This document shows positions 9,172 to 19,106 of a stretch of 64,000 bases of DNA, piece after piece; positions within the stretch are counted from its first letter, which is position 1, and each line of letters opens with the position of its first letter. Location: contig OZ251547.1 in the NCBI GenBank assembly GCA_965243355.1, positions 1,815,475-1,879,474 on the forward strand. Direction: 5' to 3'. The notes under the pieces were generated by a model. That model searched no databases and had not been told where the DNA came from. It saw nothing but the letters and a program-made list of their open reading frames with translations. This stretch comes from Dehalococcoidia bacterium. Lineage in GTDB: Bacteria; Chloroflexota; Dehalococcoidia; Lucifugimonadales; JADFKI01. Both the position numbers and the translations under genes were made by a program.

Positions 9172-10365
9172 ATGAAAATCAAGCAGATAAGAGCGGTTAG
9201 CGTGGACATCCCGATTGCGCCGCCTAAGAGCAAGGCGCGGCGGCCGAATTGGAATACTCACGCGCGGCGAGCGCTGCCTATTAACAAGTATCCGGAGTTT
9301 CCGAGGATGCACGGGCAGATGCCGGGCGCGAATACCAGCGCGGAGGTGTGGGTTCAGGTGGTTGCGGAGGACGGGACGTTTGGGCTTGGGCAGTGCAGTT
9401 TCGGGGAGCTGACGGCGGCGATTGTGGATTACCACTTCGCGCCGCTGCTGGCGGGGCGCGATTGCATGGCGACGGAGTTTCTGAACGACCTGATGTGGCG
9501 CTCTACGCAGCGGTTCGGCGCGGGCGGCATAGCGACGGTGGCGCAGTCGGGCATTGACCTGGCGCTGTGGGATCTGAAAGGCAAGCTGCTCGGCCAGCCC
9601 GTCTATCGGCTACTGGGCGGGCCCTGCCGCGATAAGGTTAGCCTGTACTGCACATCGAACGACCTGGACTGGTCAAAAGAGCTGGGCTTTACCGCGTTCA
9701 AGGTGAGCAATCCGGTTCACTATGAAGAGGGCATTGACGGGCTGAACATCCTGGACGAGCATATCGGCAAGGCGCGCGACGAGGTGGGCTACGACGTTGA
9801 GCTGATGTACAATCCGGTGATGTCGTTCAATGTGGAGTTCGCGGTTCGGGTGGCTGAGCGGCTGCGAAAGTATCAGCTACGGTGGCTGGAGGAGCCGCTG
9901 GTTCCGGGCGATCTTGAGGGGCATATAGAGCTCCGCAAGGCTATCAACTGGGTGCCGCTGGCTACGGGGGAAGATCATCACGGGCGGCATGCGTTCCGGC
10001 AGCTGATAGAGCATCGGGCGATAGACATAGCGCAGCCGGATATTAAGTGGTGCGGCGGGCTGTCGGAGGCGGTCAAGATATACACGATAGCGGAGGCGGC
10101 GGGCATCGCAACGATACCGCACGCGGGCGCGGGGACGCCGTTTGGCCAGCATTTCGCTATGGCAATGCCGGAGTCGCCAATGGCGGAGTTTTGGATGGGA
10201 TCGGATCCGGGCGTGCCGCTGGAGGAGGTCTGCCCGATACCGGGTATGCCTATGCCGAAAGACGGGTTCGTCGTGCCGTCGGACGCGCCGGGGTTTGGGA
10301 TGGAGATACGGGAAGAGTGGATACGGGCGTGGGATCATAGCGCGGCTATGAAGACGCTGGGGTAG
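9172..10365 (+). CDS. Enolase-superfamily enzyme, L-rhamnonate dehydratase-like (mandelate racemase/muconate lactonizing family)
   Basis: SGIDLALWDLKGKLLGQPVYRLLGG and the overall N-terminal layout resemble RhamD/YfaW as I recall it. Confidence 0.7.
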   Translation: MKIKQIRAVSVDIPIAPPKSKARRPNWNTHARRALPINKYPEFPRMHGQMPGANTSAEVWVQVVAEDGTFGLGQCSFGELTAAIVDYHFAPLLAGRDCMATEFLNDLMWRSTQRFGAGGIATVAQSGIDLALWDLKGKLLGQPVYRLLGGPCRDKVSLYCTSNDLDWSKELGFTAFKVSNPVHYEEGIDGLNILDEHIGKARDEVGYDVELMYNPVMSFNVEFAVRVAERLRKYQLRWLEEPLVPGDLEGHIELRKAINWVPLATGEDHHGRHAFRQLIEHRAIDIAQPDIKWCGGLSEAVKIYTIAEAAGIATIPHAGAGTPFGQHFAMAMPESPMAEFWMGSDPGVPLEEVCPIPGMPMPKDGFVVPSDAPGFGMEIREEWIRAWDHSAAMKTLG

Positions 10366-10484
10366 CGGGATGTGCGCTTAGCGCTGTCCAAATCGCGGTT
10401 CGCGCTCGTCGGGTAGATGGGCGCGTAGCCTGATATACGCCTAGCCTTTACGCTCGTTGCGCCCGTCTTATCAGGTAGCCGCGC

Positions 10485-11699
10485 CTACAAGCCTACATCA
10501 AGCGCCGACGCCACGGTTTCCATATCCTTGTCGCCGCGGCCGCTTAGGCCCATCAGGATGACGCGGTCGGGCGGCAGGGTGGGCGCGAGTTGGGATATGT
10601 GGTAGGCGGCGTGGGCGGGTTCTAGGGCGGGGATGATGCCTTCGGTTCGGCACATTAGCCGAAAGCCCTCCAGCGCTTGCTCGTCGGTTACGCTGACGTA
10701 CTCGGCGCGGCCGATGTCGCGCAGCCAGCTGTGTTCGGGGCCTACGCCGGGGTAGTCTAGGCCGGCGGATATGCTGTGCGTTTCCATGACCTGGCCGTCG
10801 GCGTCTTGCAGCAGGTAGGACATGCTGCCGTGCAGGACGCCCACGTCGCCCGCCGTGAGGGTGGATGCGTGGCGGTTGCCCTGGGTTCCCTCGCCGCCCG
10901 CCTCTACGCCTATAAGCCGCGCGTTCTCGTCGGCGATGAATTCGTAGAACAAGCCGATGGCGTTGCTGCCGCCGCCCACGCAGGCTACGACGTAGTCGGG
11001 GAGTTTGCCGGTTGCGGCGAGCAGCTGGGCGCGCGCCTCAGCGCCGATTATCTTTTGGAAATCGCGCACAATCATCGGATACGGGTGGGGGCCTACGGCG
11101 CTGCCGATGAGGTAGTGGGTATCGCGCACATTGGTTACCCAATCGCGGATGCACTCGTTGATGGCGTCTTTGAGCGTGCGGCTGCCGGACGATACCGAGC
11201 GCACTTCTGCGCCGAGCAGGCGCATCCGAAACACATTGAGCGCTTGGCGGCGGATGTCCTCTTCGCCCATATAGACGATGCACTCTTGGTCGAGCATGGC
11301 GCAGACGGTAGCGGTTGCGACGCCGTGCTGGCCGGCGCCGGTTTCGGCGATGACGCGGTTTTTGCCCATTCGCTTGGCGAGCAGGGCTTGGCCTAGCGCG
11401 TTGTTTATCTTGTGGGCGCCGGTGTGGGCGAGGTCTTCACGCTTGATGTATATTCGCGCGCCGCCAAGCTCGGCGGTTAGGTTTTCGGCGAAATAGAGCG
11501 GCGTGGGACGGCCGACGTAGTGGCGGGAAAGGGATTGCATCTCGGCTTGAAACGCCTCGTCGGATTGGGCGGCGATGTATTCGCGCTCAAGCTCTTCTAT
11601 GGCGCTCATAAGCGTTTCGGGGACAAAGCGTCCGCCGAAATCGCCAAAGCGGCCTCTCTCGTCGGGCAGGGCGGATGGGGCGCGGGTTGTGGTTGTCAT
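10485..11699 (-). CDS. trpB: Tryptophan synthase beta chain
   Basis: [12 protein letters not shown]-lysine motif, GGGSNAIG, 404 aa. No trpA is adjacent. Confidence 0.93.
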   Translation of the reverse strand: MTTTTRAPSALPDERGRFGDFGGRFVPETLMSAIEELEREYIAAQSDEAFQAEMQSLSRHYVGRPTPLYFAENLTAELGGARIYIKREDLAHTGAHKINNALGQALLAKRMGKNRVIAETGAGQHGVATATVCAMLDQECIVYMGEEDIRRQALNVFRMRLLGAEVRSVSSGSRTLKDAINECIRDWVTNVRDTHYLIGSAVGPHPYPMIVRDFQKIIGAEARAQLLAATGKLPDYVVACVGGGSNAIGLFYEFIADENARLIGVEAGGEGTQGNRHASTLTAGDVGVLHGSMSYLLQDADGQVMETHSISAGLDYPGVGPEHSWLRDIGRAEYVSVTDEQALEGFRLMCRTEGIIPALEPAHAAYHISQLAPTLPPDRVILMGLSGRGDKDMETVASALDVGL

Positions 11700-11880
11700 G
11701 GCGATATTCCTGATGTATGTGTCTATTCGGGTTGGCGCGGGAATGTCAGCAACCCGGCGTGGCAGTCAACGTTTGTCCGCTCGCCCGCCTTGCTTGCCTG
11801 CTAAGCGGGTGCTCGCGCAAGCGGGCTGGGCTTTCCCGGAGCTTGCTTGCGGCTGATGCGGCATATCACGCGGGGGATGT

Positions 11881-12855
11881 CTATCGCCGCGCCGACGCCG
11901 TAGCCAGTGGGTATTCGAAGTAGGCGGCGGTTACGCGGGCGTGCAGGTCAAGGCTTTGTTCGTTTAGCCTGTCCAGCATGTCGTCGTGGTCGGGGATGTC
12001 GGGCCAATCCAGTTGGATGGCGGCTATCATGCGGCGGACTAGGCGGCTGACGGCGTCGCAGGAGCGGCGGTCGGGGCCCGGGCTTACGGACGAGATCTCG
12101 GCGTAGGCGAGCTCAAGGGCGCGGCAGAGGGAGCCGGGCAGCAGCGGGTCGGTTACAAGCAGGTCAAGCGCCTGTTTGGGGCGGATTTCGATGCTGTACT
12201 GGCGGTCGTAGGCGTCCAGGGCGTAGCAGGCGCGGAGGAGGCTTATCCAGTCCTCTTCGGCCTCTTCGGCGTCGTCGCTGTCGGCGGCGATTTGGCTTAG
12301 CAGCAGCGCGGTCATGAGCTGGGCGCGTTCTATGTAGCGGCCGAGCTGCATAAAGCGCCAGCCGTCGTCCTTGTACATCGTGGATTCGGCTACGCCCGCG
12401 AAAGTGTCTATTTCGGCGGCGGTTTCGGCGTAGAAGTTTTCGGTGGAGTGGCCCCAGATGTCTTCAATCTCCATGGGCTGGAGGCGCAGGTATGCGCGGT
12501 TGAGGCAAGTCCACATTTCGGCGCTGATGCAGTGGCGCATCTGGCGCGCGTTTTCCCTGCCCATAGCGAAACAGCTCCAGACGGAGCCGGGGTTCATTCG
12601 CTCAAAGGTGAGGTCGGCGGCGAGGGTGTATGAGTCGGCGAGCAGGAATGCGTCGTTTTCCATGTACTCAAGGTTGCCGCCGGGGGGCTGCAGCCCCATG
12701 CTGCCGTAGATGCGCTGCCAGCCGAAGTAGATTTCGCGCGCGGGCCTGTCTGACAGCGCGTCGGCTTGCAGGCGCAACATAACGCAGAGGCGCTGCGCCC
12801 GCTCTAGGTAGCGTCCCATCCAGTAAAGTCCCTGCGCGCTGCGTGATAGTAGCAT
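11881..12855 (-). CDS. Alpha-E domain protein (DUF403)
   Basis: N-terminus LLSRSAQGLYWMGRYLERA is characteristic. Lies downstream of the circularly permuted ATP-grasp gene, as is usual. Confidence 0.75.
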   Translation of the reverse strand: MLLSRSAQGLYWMGRYLERAQRLCVMLRLQADALSDRPAREIYFGWQRIYGSMGLQPPGGNLEYMENDAFLLADSYTLAADLTFERMNPGSVWSCFAMGRENARQMRHCISAEMWTCLNRAYLRLQPMEIEDIWGHSTENFYAETAAEIDTFAGVAESTMYKDDGWRFMQLGRYIERAQLMTALLLSQIAADSDDAEEAEEDWISLLRACYALDAYDRQYSIEIRPKQALDLLVTDPLLPGSLCRALELAYAEISSVSPGPDRRSCDAVSRLVRRMIAAIQLDWPDIPDHDDMLDRLNEQSLDLHARVTAAYFEYPLATASARR

Positions 12856-12970
12856 ATGGTCTCACTTTTCGCGGCGTTGCGCCGTTGTGTCAGCGGTGTG
12901 TTTTCTTTGTGTTATGTCGCAAGTTTATGTCGCAAGCGGGCGCGGCGACGCGCCGGTTCGCGGGCGGGCG

Positions 12971-14404
12971 TTAGTCCTCCAGCACCCAGAAGTCTTTGCC
13001 GCCGCCGCCCTGGCTGGAGTTGACGACTAGGCTGCCTCTGCGGAGCGCCACGCGGCAGAAGGCGCCGGGGACGATGCGGGTTTCGCTGCCGTTAAGCACG
13101 AAGGGGCGCAAGTCCACATGGCGCGGCTCAAAGACGCCGTCTATTAGGCAGGGGGAGCGGGAGAGCGATAGGACCGGCTGGGATATGAAGTCGGCGGGAT
13201 TGGCGAGGACTTGCTTGGCGTAGTCGTCGCGCTCTTCCTGCGTGGAATGGGGGCCTATGAGCATCCCGTAGCCGCCGGATTCGCCGACGCGCTTGACTAC
13301 CAGGTCTTGCAGGTTGTCAAGCGTGTATTCCAGGTCTTGCGGGCGGCGGCAGAGGCGGGTGTCCACGTTGGCGAGCAGCGGCTCTTCGCTTAGGTAGTAG
13401 CGAACCATATCCGGCACGTAGGCATAGACGCTCTTGTCGTCGGCTACGCCGGTGCCGGGCGCGTTGACTAGGGTTACGTTGCCGCGCTTGCAGACGTCAA
13501 GCAGGCCGGGGACGCCCAGCAGCGAGTCGGGCCTGAACGCCAGGGGGTCTATGAAGTCGTCGTCCACGCGGCGATAGACTACGTCCACGCGGCGCAGGCC
13601 GTTGGTGGTTCGCATATAGAGGTAGCCGTCTTTGGTGATGAGGTCTTGCCCCTCTACGAGCTGGGCGTCTATTTCGCCCGCGAGGAACATATGCTCATAG
13701 AAGGCGGAGTTGAACACGCCGGGCGTGAGCAGGGCGATGGTGGGGTCGTCCATGCCGTTGGGGGCGAGTTCGCGCAGGGTGGATAGCAGCGCCTCGCCGT
13801 AATGCTCGACTTCCTGGACGCGGGAATTGCGGTAGAGGCGGCGCATGCTTGCCTTGGCGACCTTGCGGTTGGCAATCATATAGGACACGCCGGAGGGGAC
13901 GCGCAGGTTGTCTTCAAGCACGCGAAAGCCGTCGTGCGTCCGGACGAGGTCTGTGCCGCATATGGCGACCCAGATGCCGTTGGGGGCTGAAAAGCCGCGC
14001 ATCACCTCGCGGTATTGCGGGCATTCCATCACCATATCTTCGGGTATGACGCCGTCGGCTATGATTTTGGCGTCGCTGTACACGTCCGCCAGAAAGCGGT
14101 TGAGGGCGCGCAGGCGCTGGGACAGGCCCTCTTCCAGCAGCCGCCAGTCGGCGCCGGACATAAGGCGCGGCACGCAGTCTATTGGGATGATGCGCTCGTC
14201 CGCCTCGTCGTCGCCGTACACGGTGAAGGTAATGCCCTCGCTGGAAAACGAGTGCGTAACGCGCTCTTGTATGCCGTTGAGCTCTTCGGCGGACAGATCC
14301 AGGAGGGTATCGTAGAGCTGGCGGCAATGCTCTCGCGGAGCGCCGTCCCCCAGGAACATCTCGTCATAAATGGCTGCGTCGAAGTCGTATTTGTTAAAAT
14401 CCAC
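12971..14404 (-). CDS. Circularly permuted ATP-grasp type 2 protein (DUF404/DUF407)
   Basis: 477 aa, RVLEDNLRVPSGVSYM-type motif, partnered with an alpha-E gene. GTG start. Confidence 0.75.
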   Translation of the reverse strand: MDFNKYDFDAAIYDEMFLGDGAPREHCRQLYDTLLDLSAEELNGIQERVTHSFSSEGITFTVYGDDEADERIIPIDCVPRLMSGADWRLLEEGLSQRLRALNRFLADVYSDAKIIADGVIPEDMVMECPQYREVMRGFSAPNGIWVAICGTDLVRTHDGFRVLEDNLRVPSGVSYMIANRKVAKASMRRLYRNSRVQEVEHYGEALLSTLRELAPNGMDDPTIALLTPGVFNSAFYEHMFLAGEIDAQLVEGQDLITKDGYLYMRTTNGLRRVDVVYRRVDDDFIDPLAFRPDSLLGVPGLLDVCKRGNVTLVNAPGTGVADDKSVYAYVPDMVRYYLSEEPLLANVDTRLCRRPQDLEYTLDNLQDLVVKRVGESGGYGMLIGPHSTQEERDDYAKQVLANPADFISQPVLSLSRSPCLIDGVFEPRHVDLRPFVLNGSETRIVPGAFCRVALRRGSLVVNSSQGGGGKDFWVLED

Positions 14405-14484
14405 GATGCTTACCCGCTGCGCCGGATGGCGGTTTCGTCAGCCGGCGTCTCAAAATCCGTTATTTATGCCAAAAGGCAACGCAG

Positions 14485-14513
14485 ATTATATCAAGATGGC
14501 GTGGCAATGTCTA
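14485..14513 (-). promoter_or_regulatory. Candidate sigma70-type promoter for the ATP-grasp/alpha-E operon
   Basis: Minus strand reads TAGACA, 17 nt spacer, TATAAT, about 80 nt upstream of the GTG at 14404. Confidence 0.4.
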
Positions 14514-14612
14514 TTTGGGCGGGGTAAATTTCATGCAGAGTTTGGATCCGAGCGTTTGTTTTGCCTAGAAGTTTTGACTGCTTTTTGCAAAAGAAGGCAG
14601 GGGCCAGGTGGT

Positions 14613-15494
14613 TTAGTGCGCTGATATGAATTCTTTTAGGGCAGTGAAGTAGGCGTCGCCGCCTGTGAGTATGACGTTGTTGTGGCCGGCGCCGGCGATG
14701 GGGTGGAACTGCTTGGGAGGGTTTGCGGCGGCGTAGAGTTCGCGCGCCATTTGGATGGGGGCTATGTCGTCTTGGTCGCCGTGGATGATGAGGATGGGGG
14801 CGTTGATGTTGGGGATTTTGGAGAGGGAGTCGAATTCGCTGCGGATGAGCCAGGATGTTGGGATGATGGAGGTAAGAGGGCCGCGCATATGGCGGGCCAT
14901 TGCGTCGATGGAGGTGAAGGGGGATTCCAGGATGACGGCTTTGATTGGGTGGCGGGTTGCGAGGTGGACGGCGACGGCGCAGCCTAGGGAGCGGCCGAAT
15001 AGGGTTAGGCGGGTTGTGTCGATGTCGGGGCGGGAGCGGAGGTAGGCTAGGGCGGCGTCGGCGTCGGCGTATAGGCCGGGTTCGGAGGGCTTGCCGGCGC
15101 TGTTGCCGTAGCCGCGGTAGTCAAATATGAGTATGTTGATGTTTAGGCGGCGGCTGAGGAGGAGCAGGTTGTCTAGGCGGTGGGATATGTTGCCGGCGTT
15201 GCCGTGAAACCATAGCAGGGTGTCGGCGTTGTGGGCGTCTGCGCCGGGGATGAACCAGCCGTGCAGTTGGACGCCGTCGGCGGTGGTGAACCAGGCGTCT
15301 TCGTAGTGGAGGCCGACGTCGGCGGGGGTTTGGGATATGTCTTTGTCGGGGAAGAATATGAAGTGGCGGTCAAGCATATGGGGATCTCTTGCGGCGAGGG
15401 CGGCGGCTATGATAAGCAGGGTTGTTAGGGCCGCCGCTATCGCGTAGGCAAGCCGCGCTTTTGTGATGCGGGATGCGCGGCTTGCGGGGTTCAA
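14613..15494 (-). CDS. Alpha/beta hydrolase with N-terminal membrane anchor
   Basis: GRSLG nucleophile elbow, HGDQDD and AGHN motifs, hydrophobic N-terminus. Confidence 0.75.
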   Translation of the reverse strand: MNPASRASRITKARLAYAIAAALTTLLIIAAALAARDPHMLDRHFIFFPDKDISQTPADVGLHYEDAWFTTADGVQLHGWFIPGADAHNADTLLWFHGNAGNISHRLDNLLLLSRRLNINILIFDYRGYGNSAGKPSEPGLYADADAALAYLRSRPDIDTTRLTLFGRSLGCAVAVHLATRHPIKAVILESPFTSIDAMARHMRGPLTSIIPTSWLIRSEFDSLSKIPNINAPILIIHGDQDDIAPIQMARELYAAANPPKQFHPIAGAGHNNVILTGGDAYFTALKEFISAH

Positions 15495-15501
15495 AGCCGC
15501 C

Positions 15502-16440
15502 TCAGGGGGTTTGCGCGCCGGTGGCGTTTAGGGTGATTGAGTAGAGGGATTTGTCGGCTGTGATGTATAGGCGGTTTTTGGATGGGCCGCCAAAGCAGCA
15601 GTTGGCGGTTCGCTGTTCGGGGACGAGTATTTTGCCGAGCAGTTCGGCTTGGGGGCTGTAGATTTGGATGCCGTCCCAGGCGCTGGTGAAGATGTTGCCT
15701 TGGGCGTCGCAGCGAAAGCCGTCGGATTTGCCGGGGGTGACCGTGGCGAATACGCGGGGGTTGGCTAGGCGGGCCGTACCGATGGCGCCGAGGGCGTCGC
15801 TGACGTCGAAGGCGCGGATGTTGCCGGGGGCGCCGGTGTCGGCGACGTAGAGAATGCTCTCGTCGGGGGAAAAGCAGATGCCGTTGGGGCGGTCGAAGTC
15901 GTCGGCTACGATTTCTAGCGCGCCGGAGTCGGGGTCAAGCCTGAATACGAAACAGCCGGCGAGTTCGCTGTCGGCTTTGTGGCCCTCGCGGTCGCTGAGG
16001 ATGCCGTAGGGCGGGTCGGTGAACCAGATTGAGCCGTCGGATTTGATTGCGAGGTCGTTGGGGGAGTTTAGGCGGTTGCCTTGATAGTTGTCGGCGAGGG
16101 TTATCACGCTGCCGTCGGGTTCGGTGCGGCTTATGCGGCGGTTGCCGTGTTCGCAGCTGACGAGGCGGCCTTGGCGGTCGCGGTAGTGGCCGTTGGTGTA
16201 GCCGGCGGGCTGCCTGAATACCGAGACGCCTTCGGCGTCGGAGTAGCGCATAACGCGGTCGTTGGGGATGTCGCTCCATAGCAGGAAATCGCCCTCGGCG
16301 AAATAGACGGGGCCTTCCGCCCATTCCATTCCGGTGAAATGGCGGGCGAGTTCCGCGCCGGGCGGCAGCATCGCGGCGAACCTGTCGTCGTATATTTCAA
16401 AGCCGGCTTTCACTTCGTCGTCGGATCTGTATTGCGTCAT
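15502..16440 (-). CDS. SMP-30/gluconolactonase/LRE family protein
   Basis: SPNDLAIKSDGSIWFTDP and RPNGICFSPDE beta-propeller motifs. Confidence 0.8.
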   Translation of the reverse strand: MTQYRSDDEVKAGFEIYDDRFAAMLPPGAELARHFTGMEWAEGPVYFAEGDFLLWSDIPNDRVMRYSDAEGVSVFRQPAGYTNGHYRDRQGRLVSCEHGNRRISRTEPDGSVITLADNYQGNRLNSPNDLAIKSDGSIWFTDPPYGILSDREGHKADSELAGCFVFRLDPDSGALEIVADDFDRPNGICFSPDESILYVADTGAPGNIRAFDVSDALGAIGTARLANPRVFATVTPGKSDGFRCDAQGNIFTSAWDGIQIYSPQAELLGKILVPEQRTANCCFGGPSKNRLYITADKSLYSITLNATGAQTP

Positions 16441-16664
16441 GGCATTGCCTCTTCTTTGCGTGAGTTTCTCGCGGTTAGCAGTTTGGGGGATTATACATCA
16501 CGCGGGGGTTGGATTGGGCTTGTGGTTTGACTTGCGGGGGGCAATCCGCGAAAATCGGGCTGGCGGGGATTATAATGCAAGGCGCGGGGGATGCGCCAAC
16601 GGGCGGCGTCTATGTCGCAGGCAAGGCAATATCAGGATAACACGGGGGAGGGCGCAAGATTTTG

Positions 16665-17705
16665 ATGGGCAAGGCGTCTCAAGTGGTCAGGGCTATAACC
16701 GGATTTGCGCGGGGCAAGGCGGGCGCGACGGAGGGCGCGATGGCGGGGCGCGTGGATGGTGATGATGAGTTGCGTGATATAGAGGCGCATGCGGTTCGGC
16801 TGGCGCGGGAGGCGGGGGGGATTTTGCGGGGGCATTTTGAGCGGGCGCTGGATGTGCGGTATAAGGATGATAAGCAGAGCGATCCGGTTACAAACGCGGA
16901 TTTGGAGTGCCAGAGTTATCTGAGCGCGGCTATCGCGGAGCGGTTTCCGACGCATGGGATATTAGGGGAAGAGGACGACGCGGAGCTGCGCGAAAAGATG
17001 GATAAGCGGGCGGCGCCGGACTTTGTGTGGGCGCTGGATCCGCTGGATGGGACGCGCAATTTTTTGTCGGGGCTGCCGCTGTATGCCTGCTCAATAGGGG
17101 TATTGCATAAGGGCGCGCCGGTCGCGGGGGCGGTGTTTTTGCCTTGGCCGTCTGATGGCAGGGGCATTGTGCTGCATGCGCGCAAGGGCGGAGGGGCGTT
17201 TGCGGACGACGAGCGCATCGTGGTGGCGGCGGCGGATGAGCCGGTGGGGAACCGGCTGATAACGCTGCCGGGCGGGTTTGGTGCGCTGTTCGGGGTCAAG
17301 CCGCCGCTGCGGGATAAGTTCGGGGAGCTGCGAATGACGGGCAGCATCGCTTACGAACTGGTTATGGTGGCAAAGGGGGTAACGCAGTACGCGATTACGG
17401 GCGCGCCGTTTTTGTGGGATGCGGCGGGCGGCGTGGCGGTGGCTCAGGAGGCGGGCTGTTTGGCGCTGCAGGGCAAACGGCCTCGTGGGTTCGCGCCATT
17501 CGCGCCGCCGCTGGCGTGGCATCCGCTGGAGACGTTCGCGCCGGGGTGGCGCAGCGGCCGGACTACGATGGGGGAGTTGCGGAGGTGGCGCGCGCCGCTG
17601 CTGCTGGCGAGTCCAGGGGTTGCGCGGTATGTGGCGGGGAATCTGAGCGCAAGGCGGAGGGTGGTGGCGCGGGTTAGGCGGCGGATAAGGCGGCGGCGCA
17701 AGTAG
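16665..17705 (+). CDS. Inositol monophosphatase family protein
   Basis: GEED and WALDPLDGTRNF motifs. Arg-rich C-terminal tail. The ATG follows the TTG at 16662. Confidence 0.8.
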   Translation: MGKASQVVRAITGFARGKAGATEGAMAGRVDGDDELRDIEAHAVRLAREAGGILRGHFERALDVRYKDDKQSDPVTNADLECQSYLSAAIAERFPTHGILGEEDDAELREKMDKRAAPDFVWALDPLDGTRNFLSGLPLYACSIGVLHKGAPVAGAVFLPWPSDGRGIVLHARKGGGAFADDERIVVAAADEPVGNRLITLPGGFGALFGVKPPLRDKFGELRMTGSIAYELVMVAKGVTQYAITGAPFLWDAAGGVAVAQEAGCLALQGKRPRGFAPFAPPLAWHPLETFAPGWRSGRTTMGELRRWRAPLLLASPGVARYVAGNLSARRRVVARVRRRIRRRRK

Positions 17706-17714
17706 CGGGGGGAC

Positions 17715-17755
17715 GCTACTTTTTGGAAAAAGTAGGCAAAAACTTTTGAGGGAGG
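17715..17755 (+). repeat. AT-rich dyad element, copy 3
   Basis: gctactttttggaaaaagtaggcaaaaacttttgagggaggg. Its 3-prime end supplies the GAGGGAGGG RBS of the next gene. Confidence 0.9.
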
Positions 17756-17756
17756 G

Positions 17757-18575
17757 ATGGCAGGTATGCTTTTTATTTGCAGGACTTGTGGGGTGGAGTT
17801 TGCTGAGAGCGATGAGCCGCCGGAGCGGTGTCCTATATGCGAGGATCCGCGGCAGTATGTTGGGTGGGAAGGGCAGCAGTGGACGACGATGGGGGAGCTG
17901 AAAGCCGATGGGTATCGGTGCGATGTGCGGGAGGAGGAGGCGAATTTGACGGGGGTAGGGATAGCGCCGCAGTTCTCGATTGGGCAGCGGGCGCTTTTGC
18001 TGCAGACGGCGGGCGGGAATGTGCTGTATGACTGCGTTAGTCTGCTGGATGATGACGCCGCGCAAGCGATCAAGATGCGTGGGGGCATTGACGCTATGTG
18101 CTTTTCGCATCCGCATTTCTATGACAGCATGGTGAGCTGGAGCGAGGCGTTTGGGGATGCGCCGATATACATCCCGGAGGTTGACAGGGAGCATGTGATG
18201 CGGCCGCATGCGAATATACGCTATTGGGATGGGGAGCCGCTGGATCTTGCGCCGGGGGCGACGCTGATTAGGTGCGGCGGGCATTTCGCGGGGAGCGCGG
18301 CGCTGCACTGGGCGGACGGCGCGGGCGGCAAGGGGGCGCTGTTTGTGGGGGATACGCTGACGGTGGTGCCGGATAGGCGGTTCGTGAGCTTTATGACGAG
18401 CTATCCGAACTTGATACCGATGTCGGCGTCGGAGGTGAACGGGATAGCGGCGGCGATTGCGCCGTATGAGTTTGACCGCATCTACGGCGGCTGGTGGGGG
18501 CGCAATGTGATGAGCGGCGCGAAAGAGGCGGTGCGGCGGTCGGTGGAGCGGTATATTCGGCATATCGCGCCGTAG
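17757..18575 (+). CDS. MBL-fold metallo-hydrolase with N-terminal zinc-ribbon
   Basis: CRTCGVEF...CPICEDPRQ ribbon and SHPHFYD metal motif. Start may be ATG 17766. Confidence 0.65.
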   Translation: MAGMLFICRTCGVEFAESDEPPERCPICEDPRQYVGWEGQQWTTMGELKADGYRCDVREEEANLTGVGIAPQFSIGQRALLLQTAGGNVLYDCVSLLDDDAAQAIKMRGGIDAMCFSHPHFYDSMVSWSEAFGDAPIYIPEVDREHVMRPHANIRYWDGEPLDLAPGATLIRCGGHFAGSAALHWADGAGGKGALFVGDTLTVVPDRRFVSFMTSYPNLIPMSASEVNGIAAAIAPYEFDRIYGGWWGRNVMSGAKEAVRRSVERYIRHIAP

Positions 18576-18678
18576 CGCCGCATAGTGCATTAGCGTAGTA
18601 CGCGCATTGACGCCATATCGCGCCGTAGCGCAGCATCGTGCGCCCTAGTCATATCATGCCTTAACATTACATCGCGCC

Positions 18679-19044
18679 CTAGCGACGCTCGCGGTGGATG
18701 CGGATGGCGGCGTAGTCTAGGGGGCCGCTGAGGGCGACGTCGGGCTTTTTGACGCTGACGGTTATGGCGCGGATGTCGAAGTCGGTTAGGATTTGGGCGG
18801 CGATTGTTTCGGCTAGGGTTTCTAGCAGGTTTAGGCTGGGGCCTTCGGTTATTTGGCGGACGGTGGCGTACACGGCGGCGTAGTTGACGGTATGGGCGAG
18901 GTCGTCGGATGATGCGGCGGGGCGGGCGTCGCTTTCCATAGACAGGTCTATTATGAACCGCTGGCCGCGCTCTTTTTCGGCGGCGTGGATGCCGTGGTAG
19001 CCGTAGAATTGCATTCCTTTGAGCAGGATTTGGTCGGCGGGCAT
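18679..19044 (-). CDS. folB: Dihydroneopterin aldolase
   Basis: LKGMQFYGYHGIHAAEKERGQRFIIDL is a typical FolB N-terminus, 121 aa. Confidence 0.85.
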   Translation of the reverse strand: MPADQILLKGMQFYGYHGIHAAEKERGQRFIIDLSMESDARPAASSDDLAHTVNYAAVYATVRQITEGPSLNLLETLAETIAAQILTDFDIRAITVSVKKPDVALSGPLDYAAIRIHRERR

Positions 19045-19106
19045 TATGGCAAGTCCTTGTTGGGGGTTATTCGTGGCGTGGGCGCTGTGCTGGTTTGTGA
19101 TGGGGG

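Noticed and set aside
17091-18590. 499 aa minus-strand ORF
   Set aside because: Arg/Pro-rich low-complexity translation, antisense to the well-supported IMPase and MBL-fold genes.
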